This document shows, one piece after another, positions 1-11,900 of a DNA stretch of 64,000 nt. Numbering within the stretch: position 1 is the first letter of the stretch; the number at the start of each line of letters is the position of its first letter. The DNA comes from Azolla caroliniana. Taxonomy: Eukaryota > Plantae > Polypodiophyta. The notes below the pieces were generated by a model. It was given only the letters and a program-made list of their open reading frames with translations, was not told the origin of the DNA and made no database searches. The position numbers were made by a program, and so were the translations under genes. The stretch spans positions 8,928,001 through 8,992,000 of the forward strand of contig JBHGNT010000018.1 in assembly GCA_043228905.1 (NCBI GenBank), given 5' to 3'.

Positions 1-1659
1 GGCTGGTCATTTTGGCGTTGCAAAGACACTCGAATTAATCTCACCAGGATATTGGTGGCCTCAACCATAGAAGTTCGTCAAGGAATTCATCAAGACATGG
101 GATACTTGTGTTAGATCCAAAGTCGTCCACCACCACTTCCCATTCCCAACCAGCCTTGGGCATCAATTTCTATGGATTTCATCACTGACTTGCCTCTTGT
201 CCACGGATATGACACAATGCTCGTCATGGTAGATCGGTTTCCATAGATGGCTCATTTTGCCCCTTGTGCAAAGACTATTTTAGCAGAAGCAACAACCGGT
301 CTATTTTTGAAGAATGTGGTGCAGCTTCATGGGGTCCCAGATGATGTCACCTCAGATCGTGGACCCCAATTTGTCTCTCGTTTTTGGTGGCGGATCCTTC
401 AAACATTGGGAACAACAGTGAATTTGTCTTTGTCCTATCATCCTCAAACCGATGGCCAAATGGAGCGTGTGAACTGAATTCTTGAGCAATACCTTCAATG
501 CTTGCTTAGCTACCAACAAGATGATTGGGTTGACCTCCTACCCTTGGCAGAGTTCACATACAATAATACGCTACATGGTTCAACTGGGGTCACCCCATTT
601 TTCACCAACTATGGTTTCCATCCTCGCTTTAGTATTTCCATCTCCGGCAACTTTGTCAACCCGTTAGCAAAAGGACGTGCTCGTATTTTAGCTGACATTA
701 ATCAAGACCTCTCCCTCGAACTCATCCTTGCAAGGGACCGGTATAAAGCGCAAGCTGATCGACATCGTTCTGCTACACCCGCCTTTGCAATTGGTGATCA
801 AGTTTGGCCCTTACGTCGCCATGCCGATACTACTCGACATTGCGGAAAGTTGGATTACAAGAAGTTGGGGCCTTTCCGCATCATCGAGTGTGTCAATCTC
901 GTCACTTTCCAGCTGGAATTTCCTCCACATTTCCGTATTCATAATGTCTTCCATGCCTCTCTTCTCGAACCTTATCACCCATCCACTATTCCTGGAAGAC
1001 ACTCTCCACCTCCACCTCCAATTGAGCTTTCCATAGGTGAGGAGTACGAGGTGGACAAGATTCAGGACTCTCGTTGGTGTCGACGACAACTTCAATACTT
1101 AGTCCTATGGAAAGGGTATCCCGTTTCAGAGGCAACTTGGGAACCAGGCCAACACTTGGAGAATGCACCAGATGTTCATGAATTTCATCACCAATATCCA
1201 CAAAAACCGGGGAGGCATCTTCAGAGGCGGCCTTAGCAGGGGGATAATGTCATGGACATGACAACAGTCATGTAATGATTCAAACTCTTGACGTACTGTA
1301 TTTAATCGATATGTTTTAACCAATACATCCAATACATAATCATGTTACCTTACTAGATTATTGTAGATTATCTATTCTACATGTAGGATTTTAGAAGCTT
1401 CCAGAAAGCTTTAGAAGCTAGAACATTCTAGAAGCTTGTGCATGAAAATGAGTCTTTGCATGGGGCTACATTTAGAGCCCATAAACATGTATAAATACAA
1501 GGGTTCACCTTGGCCTTAGTCAAGGTGAACAACACCAGTTATAGAATCATAATTCAGTTCTTGTTCTCTTGACTAATTTCTCTCTCTCTTTCTTATTATC
1601 TTCTCTATGATCTGTCTCTCACTGTCTTAGTATTGAGCCTCGTCTACTTGTCTGTGACA
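1..1659 (+). mobile_element. Ty3/Gypsy chromovirus (Tcn1-like, family A): decayed integrase and chromodomain, PPT and 3' LTR (1248-1659)
   Basis: Integrase core (SDRGPQF, YHPQTDGQMER), GPF/Y motif and chromodomain EEYEVDKI..YLVLWKGYP..EATWEP end at 1236. PPT AGCAGGGGGATAA follows, then an LTR bounded by TGTCA...TGACA. Confidence 0.93.
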
Positions 1660-1885
1660 AAATCGGATGATCATGGAAAGAGTGAGGAGCATGATGTCAC
1701 ATGCCAAGCTACGGAAATCATATTGGGCTAAGGCGATGTATACAACTGTTTATTTGATCAATAGGTCTCCCTCAATGCCATTGAAAGTTGATGTCCCAGA
1801 GAGGGTGTGGATAGGAAAGGAAGTCTCCTACCAACACCTAAGGGTGTTCAGATGTCTAGTATATATGCATGTGGCCAAGGATTAG
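1660..1885 (+). mobile_element. Ty1/Copia integrase fragment sandwiched between two Gypsy insertions
   Basis: ORF MERVRSMMSHAKL..YW..A..T.VYLINRSPS..YQHLRVF is a typical Copia integrase C-terminal stretch. Confidence 0.85.
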
Positions 1886-2011
1886 TGTCATGAAGACATA
1901 CATTTTGGCCTTACAAGGATTCGAGCCCAAGACGTCTTGGTCTATATGTTAGACCTTTAACCTTATAATAACATATATGATTTATAGTATTATTAGTTAT
2001 TACAAAATATT

Positions 2012-2137
2012 TAGAGTATTCTAGAACATTCTAGAGTATTCCAGAACATTCTAGGATATTCCATGATTATATTAAATATCATAAATATCTAAAATATTCT
2101 AGAACATTCTAGAATACTCCATAAGGACCTATAAATA
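2012..2137 (+). promoter_or_regulatory. Heat-shock-element array and TATA box in LTR U3
   Basis: 10-bp periodic TTCtaGAAcaTTCtaGAGtaTTCcaGAAcaTTC at 2012-2062, TTCtaGAAcaTTCtaGAA at ~2097-2114, and TATAAATA at 2130. Confidence 0.7.
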
Positions 2138-2327
2138 GGTGTTTATTCATTCATCACAACTCATTCGGTTCAACACCAGTTTGTAGCCCCTTAGCCTACT
2201 CTTTGTAATCCTTGCTCTCTTATAATATAAACTCTCTTTCCATTTCTAGTGTTCTCTCTCTCTCTCTTTCTCAATACCTTCTATTGTCATCTTATCTTTC
2301 TCTCTCCAATTCTCAGGTCTCGACAAT

Positions 2328-2338
2328 TTGAACCGAAT
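2328..2338 (+). other. Self-priming PBS (Tf1-type)
   Basis: TTGAACCGAAT just after the LTR end is the exact complement of ATTCGGTTCAA (2163-2173), ~30 nt downstream of the TATA box. No tRNA-type TGG PBS is present. Confidence 0.8.
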
Positions 2339-3523
2339 ATGTCTCTTTTCTTCTTCTCCAACTTCTTCTTCTTATCTGAACCTTATTCAAGCAAATCTAG
2401 CAATTTTCTCTCGCAACTATGGAGTCTGTCAGCAAGCAAGAATATATGCGTATTCTCTCCGAGCTCGTAATGCTAACAACCAAATTCATGGCACTGGAGC
2501 ATGAAAATCAAAGATTGCTGGGAGACCTACAACAAGTAAGTGCTGAGAAAGTATAACAATACGAAGAATTATCTCAACGGGTGCATCAATTGGAGACTAC
2601 TCTATTGCAATGACAAGCAGTGGAAGTTCAAACCTCGCTGAAGGAACCCAAGATTAGTCCGCCGACCAAGTTTGATGGTACAAGGTCTCAATTTCGTGGA
2701 TTTTTAAATCAGGTACAACTTGTGATTAAATTGCATCCTAGCCGTTACCCAACTAATGTTGCTCGTGTGGGACTAGTTGGTACCTTGTTAACGGGTACCG
2801 CATTAGCGTGGTTTGCACCACTCCTAGAGAAGCACTCACCATTATTAGAAGATTTTGAAGGTTTATTAATGAGTTCCAAGCCAACTTTGGAGACATTGAT
2901 AGTATGAGGACTGTAATAAACAAAATTCGGTGATTACGACAAGGAGATCGTCCTGCTTCCGCTTATGTTATAGATTTTCGCCTTCTATCATGTGATATTC
3001 CATGGGACGAAGCAGCATTAATGGACCAATTTCATCAAGTTCTATGCAATTATGTGAAGGATTTACTTCTTACCTTCCATGATGATCCAAAATCTCTTAC
3101 TGAAGCAGTAAGCTGGGCCGTGTGATGTGATAATCGCTTATTTGAGCGGCGTTCTGAGCACCAACAAATGTTACGCTTCCGACCAAATAAAACATATGCT
3201 TCGGTGGCCGCAACTCCACCCCAAGTATCAAAGTCAAGTGTGGTGGAAGGCCCTACTCCAATCGAAATCGAGACAACACAACGTCGAGGACCATTATCAG
3301 ATGCTGAAAAGCAACGACGGTGAGCGAATAGTCTATGCCTCTATTGTGGTGGTCTAGCGCATATTGCTGTGAATTGTCCACATAAACCACAATGACAAGT
3401 TAACCAAGTAAGTGCTCATGACAATCCCATCTCAATTTCTGCCCTGCCTTCTCGTAACCCAAGTAGGCCTAGTAGTCCCTGTCATAAAAATACATTTGAT
3501 GTCTTGAGCCAATTAGATGATGT

Positions 3524-3568
3524 GTTAAACGAGTAAGTCCGGCCAAAATCGGAGCCATTTGGTTGGAC
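3524..3568 (+). other. Putative -1 ribosomal frameshift signal at the gag/pol junction
   Basis: G TTA AAC, a 6-nt spacer, then an 11-bp hairpin GTCCGGCCAAA/TTTGGTTGGAC. The protease ORF is in the -1 frame. The same motif recurs at ~18610-18655. Confidence 0.65.
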
Positions 3569-4397
3569 AACCCTTGGCATGTAACATCCGTCCCTAGTTG
3601 TGGTTCCATTTCATCTGGTCAAGTTAGTCGAGTTTTCTCTGCACTAGTTGAGCTTAACACATCTAGGTGTCATCAAGTCCCAGCTTCTGCCCTCTTAGAC
3701 TCTGCAGCCAACTCTTGTTTCATGGATCGTGAATTTGTTGTAATGCATAATATTCAGTTGCATAAGCTCCCAAGCCCAGTGTTTGTCAGAGTCATTGATG
3801 GACGCCCCATAGCATCAGGTGATATAGTTGAAGAGTCTGAACCAATTCATGTAGTCCTAGGCAATTTGGCTAGTGTCATATCATTCAACATCATTAGTAG
3901 TCCAGAGCACTCCCTAGTTCTTGGGCTTCCATGGTTTGAGCTACATAACCCAACTATTGATTGGAGAAAAAGAACCTTGAAGAGGTCACAATATAGTCTG
4001 AGTCTCTTAAAACTCCAACAAAGGATATGACATTCCAAAAGATTTCGACAATCTCTATACATCAGTTACGCGAGGAAGGACGGAAGGAAGACATGTTGGT
4101 GTTCACAGTTTTAGCAACTCCCACATCAAGCTCACAAGAATCGGGGGTCCAACTACCGAAGAAATATATAGAATTCTCCAATGTGTTTGATAAGGTGAAG
4201 GCCAATAGACTACCAAAGCATCGACCATATGATTGCCCGATTGATTTGCAACCCAAACCGGAACTGGCGGCGGAGCCGGTGAGGCGGCGGCAATCGGCGA
4301 CCGGACGAGGCTGGATGCAAACCGAACGGATAACAAGATCATGTGGTTATTAAAGTAAAGTAAAGGGAACTAAAGTAAAGGTCATGTGAACGGTTGC

Positions 4398-4495
4398 ATG
4401 CAACTAAAAGAAAAAGCCATGCAACTAAAAATAGATGCAACTAAAAGAAAAAGCTACGCAACTAAAAGTAGAGGCCATGCAACAAAAAGTGGACA
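4398..4495. repeat. Short repeats of ATGCAACTAAAA, about 5 copies
   Basis: Visible directly in the sequence. Confidence 0.75.
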
Positions 4496-4595
4496 TGCTA
4501 TGATCAACAGAGAACTTCATATAAAATTCCATTGTTTTTACACTCAGACTCTCTCTCCATTAATTTTCTTTTCCTTCTCAGCTCCCTTATCTTAG

Positions 4596-4872
4596 GGAAG
4601 CCATATCTCTCATAAACCCTAATTTCCCTATGGAAGCCATAAGGCTCATAAACCCTTTCCCTACGGAAGCCATAAGACTCATAAACCCTAATTCCCCTAC
4701 GGAAGCCATAAGGCTCATAAACCCTAATTTCCCTATGGAAGCCATAAGACTCAAAAACCCTAATTTTCCCTACGAAAGATCTATCACTCATAATTCCAAA
4801 TTTTTCCATACGGAAGCTATTCAACTCATAAACCATAATCTCTTATCAAAGCTAAAAAACCCTAATTTTCTA
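4596..4872. repeat. 36-bp minisatellite (GGAAGCCATAAGGCTCATAAACCCTAATTTCCCTAT), about 5 good and 2 degenerate copies
   Basis: Unit starts at 4596, 4632, 4665, 4701 and 4737. Confidence 0.9.
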
Positions 4873-5099
4873 TAGAATCCATATCTTAATTTTCTCTTAT
4901 CTATTACTCTAGTAATCTCCATAAGCTAAACTTTTATAATTCCGATCTTGGGATTAATTGTAATCTTTCTTTTCTATTTATTAATGAAATTTGTCAATCT
5001 TTCTCATTTTCCATTAATTGTTTAATATAAACATACGTATTTGATATCTTTCGGTTGGAGGCCCCGGGGTCCTACCTCAAGTTCACGTATCCTCGTCGT

Positions 5100-6714
5100 A
5101 TTTTCGCGACAGCATAAACCGCACCTGCATCCCCTAGTCGACAATCTGTCCGATAGATATCAGGTTCTTCGTGATGGTTGGAACGTGTAATACGTTCATC
5201 AGCTTCCCCCTCTGTCCAACGTGGCTCAAAGGGACTTCTCCGACATGTACGATTGGATGTGGGGTGTCGTCTCCGGTTTTGATGACTCCCGGTTGTCCGG
5301 TTTCTCCAAGAAGGAGAACCACTCTCTGTGGCTCGTCATGTGATTCAACGCACCGAAATCAACGTACCACACTTCCTCCGATTTGAAAGTGGTCTTCTTC
5401 ATCGAGTTAGCATCGTATTTCATCACCAAGGCTGGTGTCGGCCTTTACTTGCCGGCCTTGACTCCCCTTGCTTGTGGAGGGTCCGGAACTGTTGTTGGCA
5501 CGTTCTCTGTGCCTTCGGTCCTGCTCTTGCCGGCCGCTACCATTGCGAGCCGACCCGCCTCGTCCACCACTCCCACGGGGCCGATCTGCCTCTGTGTACA
5601 GCATCCGACTGTCTGTGGGTGCACTTGTTGACGCACCAACGTGGTTCTCCTCTATGAGGAGCATCGATTGTAAGTCGAAAAATGACGGCGTATTCTCCCT
5701 TGTACACACAGTAGTTCGAAACGCTCCGAACTTTGACGCCAAACCTCCGAGACAGATTTGCACCATATCGGCTTCTTTGATATTCACATCAATGGAGGCA
5801 GAGAGTTGCAAATGTCCTTGATTTTGGAGGTGTAGTTTGCCATTGACAAGTCGTGTTGTCGTAGGTTGCTTAGCTCCTATCGGAGTTGAAGCTTCCTTGC
5901 TGTAGTGCTTGTGGCGAAAATCTTCTTCAGATTTCCCCAAGCATCTTTCGGCGTTTTTGTATCCCGAATGTAGCTTAGGAGTTGTTCGCCCACACAAGAC
6001 GCGAAGCAATATAGTACGTTGCTTGCCGACTGTTCCCATGCTGGGAAATCTGTGTGTCGATTCAGGTGCTGTGTCATTTGCTTCGTCGACATAGCTCCAA
6101 TAACCGTGCCCGAGCAGGTACTGGTGCATATTGTAGGACCAAGGCACGTAGTTGTTTCTGTCGAGCTTCTCCGTCGGAAGCGAGCTAGCCATGCCTCTAT
6201 CCATCGGTTTTACCTGTTCTTCTTGGTTGGTTTTCCTTTCAAGCTATGTCGACTGCAGAGGTTCTCAACCCTCACGCTCTGATACCATGTAAAAGAATAG
6301 TGTGCGGAAGTAATAGAAAGCCGAAACACAGAAACGTAGGTTTAATGGAGAGCTTGAATATACACAGTACGCAGGAGAGACAGAGAGAGAGAGAGAAAGA
6401 GCAGAATATAAGCCTCTATTCAAAATAACTCTAAAACTCTGTAATACTCTGTACATCGTATGTGTTCAATGAACACTTTTATACAAGTCCATACGGACTA
6501 ACAGAAGTACGTTGTACTTCAATGCTCACACAAGCGTCTAACACTAACTACAAGACCTTAACTACCTAGTAGTCTAGCTGCTACTTGGCTTTCGGTTACT
6601 ACTTGATCCGGCTAACCGGCTCCCCAGCTCATCGGCTCACTTGCTCACCGGCTCACCGATCCGGCTCTTCCTTCCGGATGCCGATCCGGATCCGGTTGAG
6701 CTTACCGCTCAACA
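5100..6714 (-). mobile_element. Ty1/Copia 5' part: 5' LTR 6288-6714, tRNA-iMet PBS 6276-6287, gag and protease
   Basis: TGGTATCAGAGC abuts an LTR bounded by TG..CA. Gag EKLDRNNY..W..LLGHGYW and protease WYVDFGA.NHMT. Same family as 42557-46510. Confidence 0.9.
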
Positions 6715-6739
6715 CTAAATAATAATAATAACAAACATA

Positions 6740-7080
6740 TTTGTAAATAGCCCATATACTACTGAGGTAAAATACCTCTAGGGAAAAACTTTAGTAGAAT
6801 AGAATAGAGTGATTTAGAATAAAGTTTCCGTAGTTGTGTGTAAAGAAGAGTGCAACAGAGAAGTGTGTGTAAGTGGTGCCATAGCTATGATGCCAAGAGC
6901 CTTGCGAGGCTAATACGCTCTATTTGAAGAGTGTTGTAATCTGTTTTATCTCTATATATTCTCTGATATAGTGGATCTCTGTTTCTGTGGTTTTCCTCGT
7001 TTAGGGTTTCCACGTCAAACTCTGTGTATTTGCTGTTTTTACGTTCTGCATGTACATTTCATCATAAATTCCTAATAGAT
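6740..7080 (+). mobile_element. Partial Copia-type LTR
   Basis: Shares the motifs TGTAAATAGCC, GCCATAGCTATG and TTAGGGTTT with the LTR at 34075-34700. Confidence 0.5.
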
Positions 7081-7180
7081 CTACAATTAGATCCCTTCAA
7101 TTTCTATAATAACATTGAATCTATCCATAATGGCCAAATTTACCACATACATAACATTTATTTTCACTTCTATTACTTAA

Positions 7181-7960
7181 CTATCTTCCTTGACCCTTAC
7201 CTTGTAGTTTGCCTCTACCTCTTAATCCTCCTCGATGACGTTGATTTTGACTTTCATCTCTATCATGATGTTGAAAGTCATTAATCCCTCCTCTTCCTTG
7301 TTGTCCTCGTCCAAATATACATCTTCCTCTTGATCCTACAAACAACACTTGCAGTTGATTGCCCTTGGGATGTGAACCTATAAGGTTCATCTCCTCCATA
7401 ATCATTAGTGAAACCAATTGATCAAAATATGGTAAATGCTCTCTAACATATATTGATGTAGTAAAAGTGTTCCACTTATCATCATCTTTAAAACCATTCA
7501 ACGTATATGTAATTAAATCATCATCATCTAATGTTGATTTAATAGATCTTAATGCATCCGCGAATTCCCTACCTCGTACATTATAATAATTTCTAGTAAT
7601 TGAGGGAGATTTCCTTAAATTATTCAACTCACTCTTTCATTGTATGTTAGAGGTAAAATATAGTCTCTCTAAAGTATCCCACACTTGTTTTGATGTAGTT
7701 AACTCTGGTATATGACCAATCATTGAATTTGATATAACTTGTGAAAGAAAGAATATACCTCTTTTATCCCTTTAATTCCATTGATTAAATTGTCTTAGTT
7801 GATCTTCACTTAGTTGTGATGGCAATTTCAAGTGGTGGCTCTTCTCTTGTCACTAACCTCCACAAATTCTTACCAAGTAGATAATTCTTCATACGGAATC
7901 TCCATGGTTGATAGTTGAACATTCTTTCTCTTGCTTCTCAATTTGAGAGCTAATATCCGC
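7181..7960 (-). mobile_element. Decayed Copia gag relic
   Basis: DALRSI..DDDDLITYTLNG..F.QLVSLMI.EE followed by an RGG-rich tail. Confidence 0.7.
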
Positions 7961-8909
7961 CTTATCTCACTACACCGTGAGAGTTAATAATATGGTTTAT
8001 GATTAGATTAATAAGACTATTTTAATTAGATTAGCAAGTCTCTAATACCGAATTTTGTGAGGATTTATGCTATTCTCACACATCTAGAAGAGTAGTAGGC
8101 CACTTCTAATTCATAATATGTGTTTAAATAGGCACAAAAACTAAGATACCATAAAATATAAGAAGAAAATACATGCAATTAAGCAAGCATATGGATCAAA
8201 TAAGACTATAATAGAATAGAATTATTGCTTATACATGGAGAATAAACATGGATACCTTAGATGGCTTAGGAGAGAAATGTCCTAAGCTAACTCTAGCTTG
8301 AGGAGGGTGCCTCTATTTTGAGCCCAATTCTTTTATATCCATGCATTGCCTTTTATAGAAAACATTGCGTCTTAAATTAGTTGTATGTCTAATTTGGGTG
8401 ATTGATATTTTTTACATATTGTTAAAATTTGACCATTGGTTTGCTATTCTTTTTCTTCCTTGATGCACATTTCTTTTCTCCACCATAGAATTACTCTTTT
8501 AAATTTTTTTCTTGCCCACTACTTTTAAAGTAAATAGATATATGTCTAATGCAAAATCTTTATAATATATTTTAATTATTAGTATTATCTACTATATTAT
8601 TATATTTTAATAATATACTAGGCTACATATTTACTTATTTATTAAATAAAACTTATAACCTACTTATAAAAACTCAATAGATTTACATTTTAATATACTA
8701 ATGAGTTTGTTTATTTCAAGAAAAATGACCGTCAATACACACACACATATTTATGTACGTACGTATGTTTTAGTAAGCAATTGGTAATTATAAGATTTTT
8801 TTATTTAAACACAAGGATTAATGAAAAAAACTACTTGTATTTGAAATGAAATGAACAATTATGGTGAGATGATGTATCTATGTTTTATTGGTTAATTAAT
8901 AGTGCTTAG

Positions 8910-11900
8910 CTATATTAGAGTCTCTTTTACCCTGGAGGGTGTTTTGATATGATGGAAAAACACATGTTTTCTCTTCTTGCTAAAGATTATCCATAGGAGA
9001 ATAGAGAACATGAGGCCTCCAGAAATAAGAGCTAGCCCAATGTACTGGCATTTGAGATAATCATGAAGATGATAGCAATGTTGGTGACGGATCGTGATGA
9101 AGGCATCACGAACAAAATTGCAATTCACAATGTCTAAAAGGAATGGGATATCGTCATAAAGCATATTAATGATAGAAATTGATTGGTTGAGGCGATCAAA
9201 TGTTTGCATTGTTAGTGTACAAGTGTAATTTGTTGTTGTGCTACTACTATGATTGTCACACACGTAAGGCAACCATGCCTGCATTAAAAAAGAAGAGAGA
9301 ATGTAAGACATATTGAGGGAGATTAGTAGTCAAAACTCCGCTTTAGTTATACTTTTTAGTTTTCCACGATTAGAACATAAAGCCTATTTTTCCTTGTTTA
9401 ATAATGCTAGAAAATCTTCATGGGACACATTATTCCAAGTTCCAACACACAATAATGTTCAAAGCTCACCTGAGCCGCTGTGGAAATGTTCACGCAATTG
9501 ACACCATGAGCAACCAATGATAAACTTGATGACTTTGAGAAAGACGGATTACACAAGGGCAAAATTGGACTTGATGTTGATCCATTGATGAAATTGGTTT
9601 CTATGCCCTTGTTAATCCCTCTAATTGTATCATTCACAAGTTGGGTTGTTTGATCTAGCACGGAATGACTGACATTCATGCTAACACAAGGCAAAATCTC
9701 TTTTAATGTGGTATTGGCCAAGGGGTTGGCAATCCATTCTCCCATCGCAACACATGCATCACCAACTACACTGTAAGAGGAATATTAAAGACTTTGGGTA
9801 AATTCGAATAAAGAATCTTTAAGAACTCAAAGATTTCCACTTACTTATCAAACATGATGTAAAGTCCACATAAAATCCAAGTGCCAACAACAAGAAACCA
9901 TGCCACCATTATCAACCTACATCATCAAAATGATCATATTTGAATGATAGTAAGGTATTTCTCTAGATAAGAACAATTGAATAGTATTTGAATAAGAAGG
10001 CTTACAAATATAAGAGAGGCATCATTCCAAGTGTCGAGAATACTGCATAAAATGTCATCATAATGTTTTAGAAATGTGAATTACATTTCACCTTGAGCCA
10101 CCATTATGAGAAAAGATAATATTAACATGTTCGGTATATACATACATAGACATGTTCTCTAACATACATACATACTTTATATACTTACATACATAGAATG
10201 AACCATACGTGCATTCACATTCGAGAACGATTCAATCAAACGTGTATGGTAAATCATCTCAAAGTTGGATTGACTATGGTCTATAATATATATTATATAT
10301 TGATTCACTCTCAATCCCAATAAGTGGACTTTAATCCATTGTGAACTACCAACATAAGTATGGGTGCAATATTTGCATTGTATCACATGCATACTTTTGA
10401 GATGCTTCTTAAGAATCATTTGCATTGTATCACATGCATACTTTTGGGATGCTTCTTAAGAATCAAGACATCTCTATCATCCTCACTTTAGAACTTTACA
10501 AAAAAATAAGTATGAACTATAGAGATTGAATCAAAATATGTCATTATAAATTATAATCAAACATTCAAAAACTCATAAAACGTATATTTGAGAATATGAA
10601 GAAAACATAAAACGTATATTCGAGAACATGACATAGGCAGTAGTAGCATAACAACATACCACTAGGGTGAGCTAATTTCTAATAACAAAGAAAAAAGAAG
10701 ATAAACACTATGACAACACTAACATAAAAATTTGTTATGACATGGTACTAACGAGAGAGAGAGAGAGAGATTAAAAATTTGGGAGTCGAACCCAAGACAT
10801 AGACAACAATAGCATGACTCCTTACCACTAAGGTGAATTGAATTTGTAATGCTAATAAATGAAAAGAGCAATAGAAAAAAATGAGCACACATTTTTCCCT
10901 TTTCAAACGTGTTCGTTTTCAAACGTTTTTAAACGTTTGAATGCTTGCACGAACACGAATATTACGTTATATGCAAGTTACATATATGTATTTATGTACA
11001 AGTGGATATGCAACTATGTTTAGACATCTAGATTATTATTATTATTATTAATCTAGATTGTTATTATTAACATGAACGAACTATATGTACGTGATGGGGC
11101 TATACCAAATCCAAGGAGACTCAAAGCTAGCATTATTCCAGCAATGATTACCATTGCAAGGCGCCTGCAAAGAAATTGAAGAAAATTGTTTAGCACTTTA
11201 CCAAGTTTGTAGTTTTTCATAATTTATATCAACATATATATGCAAGTATTATTTAGAAGAAGAAGATCGAGATTGAGGAAGGAATAATGCTCAAGTTGAA
11301 GTCTTACGCCGAATCTAACGTACTTCGTATGTATTTTGCATTTTCATGTGTGTTTTTTTCCAACAATCTTGCGCCTTCGACTAATGCAGAGGACAATGAC
11401 GTGAAGTTCATACTCTCCGATTGTGGTACAAAATATGTTATGTTGGGGAGGGATGCAAATACATTATTTCGCAACCGAGTGACCACATGATCGGACTTGC
11501 CAACGACATAGTCTAATGTAGCTTCAACCTCATCATTGGCCTTCCCCTGGTAGACATATACAAGCATGCTACCCACCCTGTAAATATATATATATATAGA
11601 GAGAGAGAGAATGGCCAAATAGGAAAGAAATGGGAACAGTTTTTTAAGGTTTCTTCAATGGATGAAATGGGGTTTCTATGCCCCCCTTGCATAATAATAA
11701 CTAACTTTTTTTGTTTTTTAAAACTTACACAGAGACAGCGGTGAAGAGAAGCAGGAAAAGAAGAGGCAAGCAGACATGGCCGCTGTGGGAGCCCTTGAAG
11801 ATGTTGAAACAACAGCAGAAGAAGAGAATGAAGAGGAATGGCAGGCCTAGCAATAGCCAGAGCCCCGCCAGAATGAATCCCGGCCGCGCCGTATACCCCA

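Larger units (their letters stand above)
1886..4256 (+). mobile_element. Tcn1-like Gypsy (family B), 5' half: 5' LTR 1886-2325, gag ~2419-3536, protease; truncated before RT
   Basis: LTR bounded by TGTCA...CGACA. Gag KFDGTRSQFRGFL..RYP..RVGLVG is PEG10/Sushi-like, with a decayed zinc knuckle. Protease ALLDSAA..VIDGRPI..LVLGLPW. Many stops. Confidence 0.9.

Noticed and set aside
4504-4875. Repetitive ORFs (EAIRLINPNFP; VYEPYGFHREIR) as proteins
   Set aside because: Artefacts of a 36-bp minisatellite.
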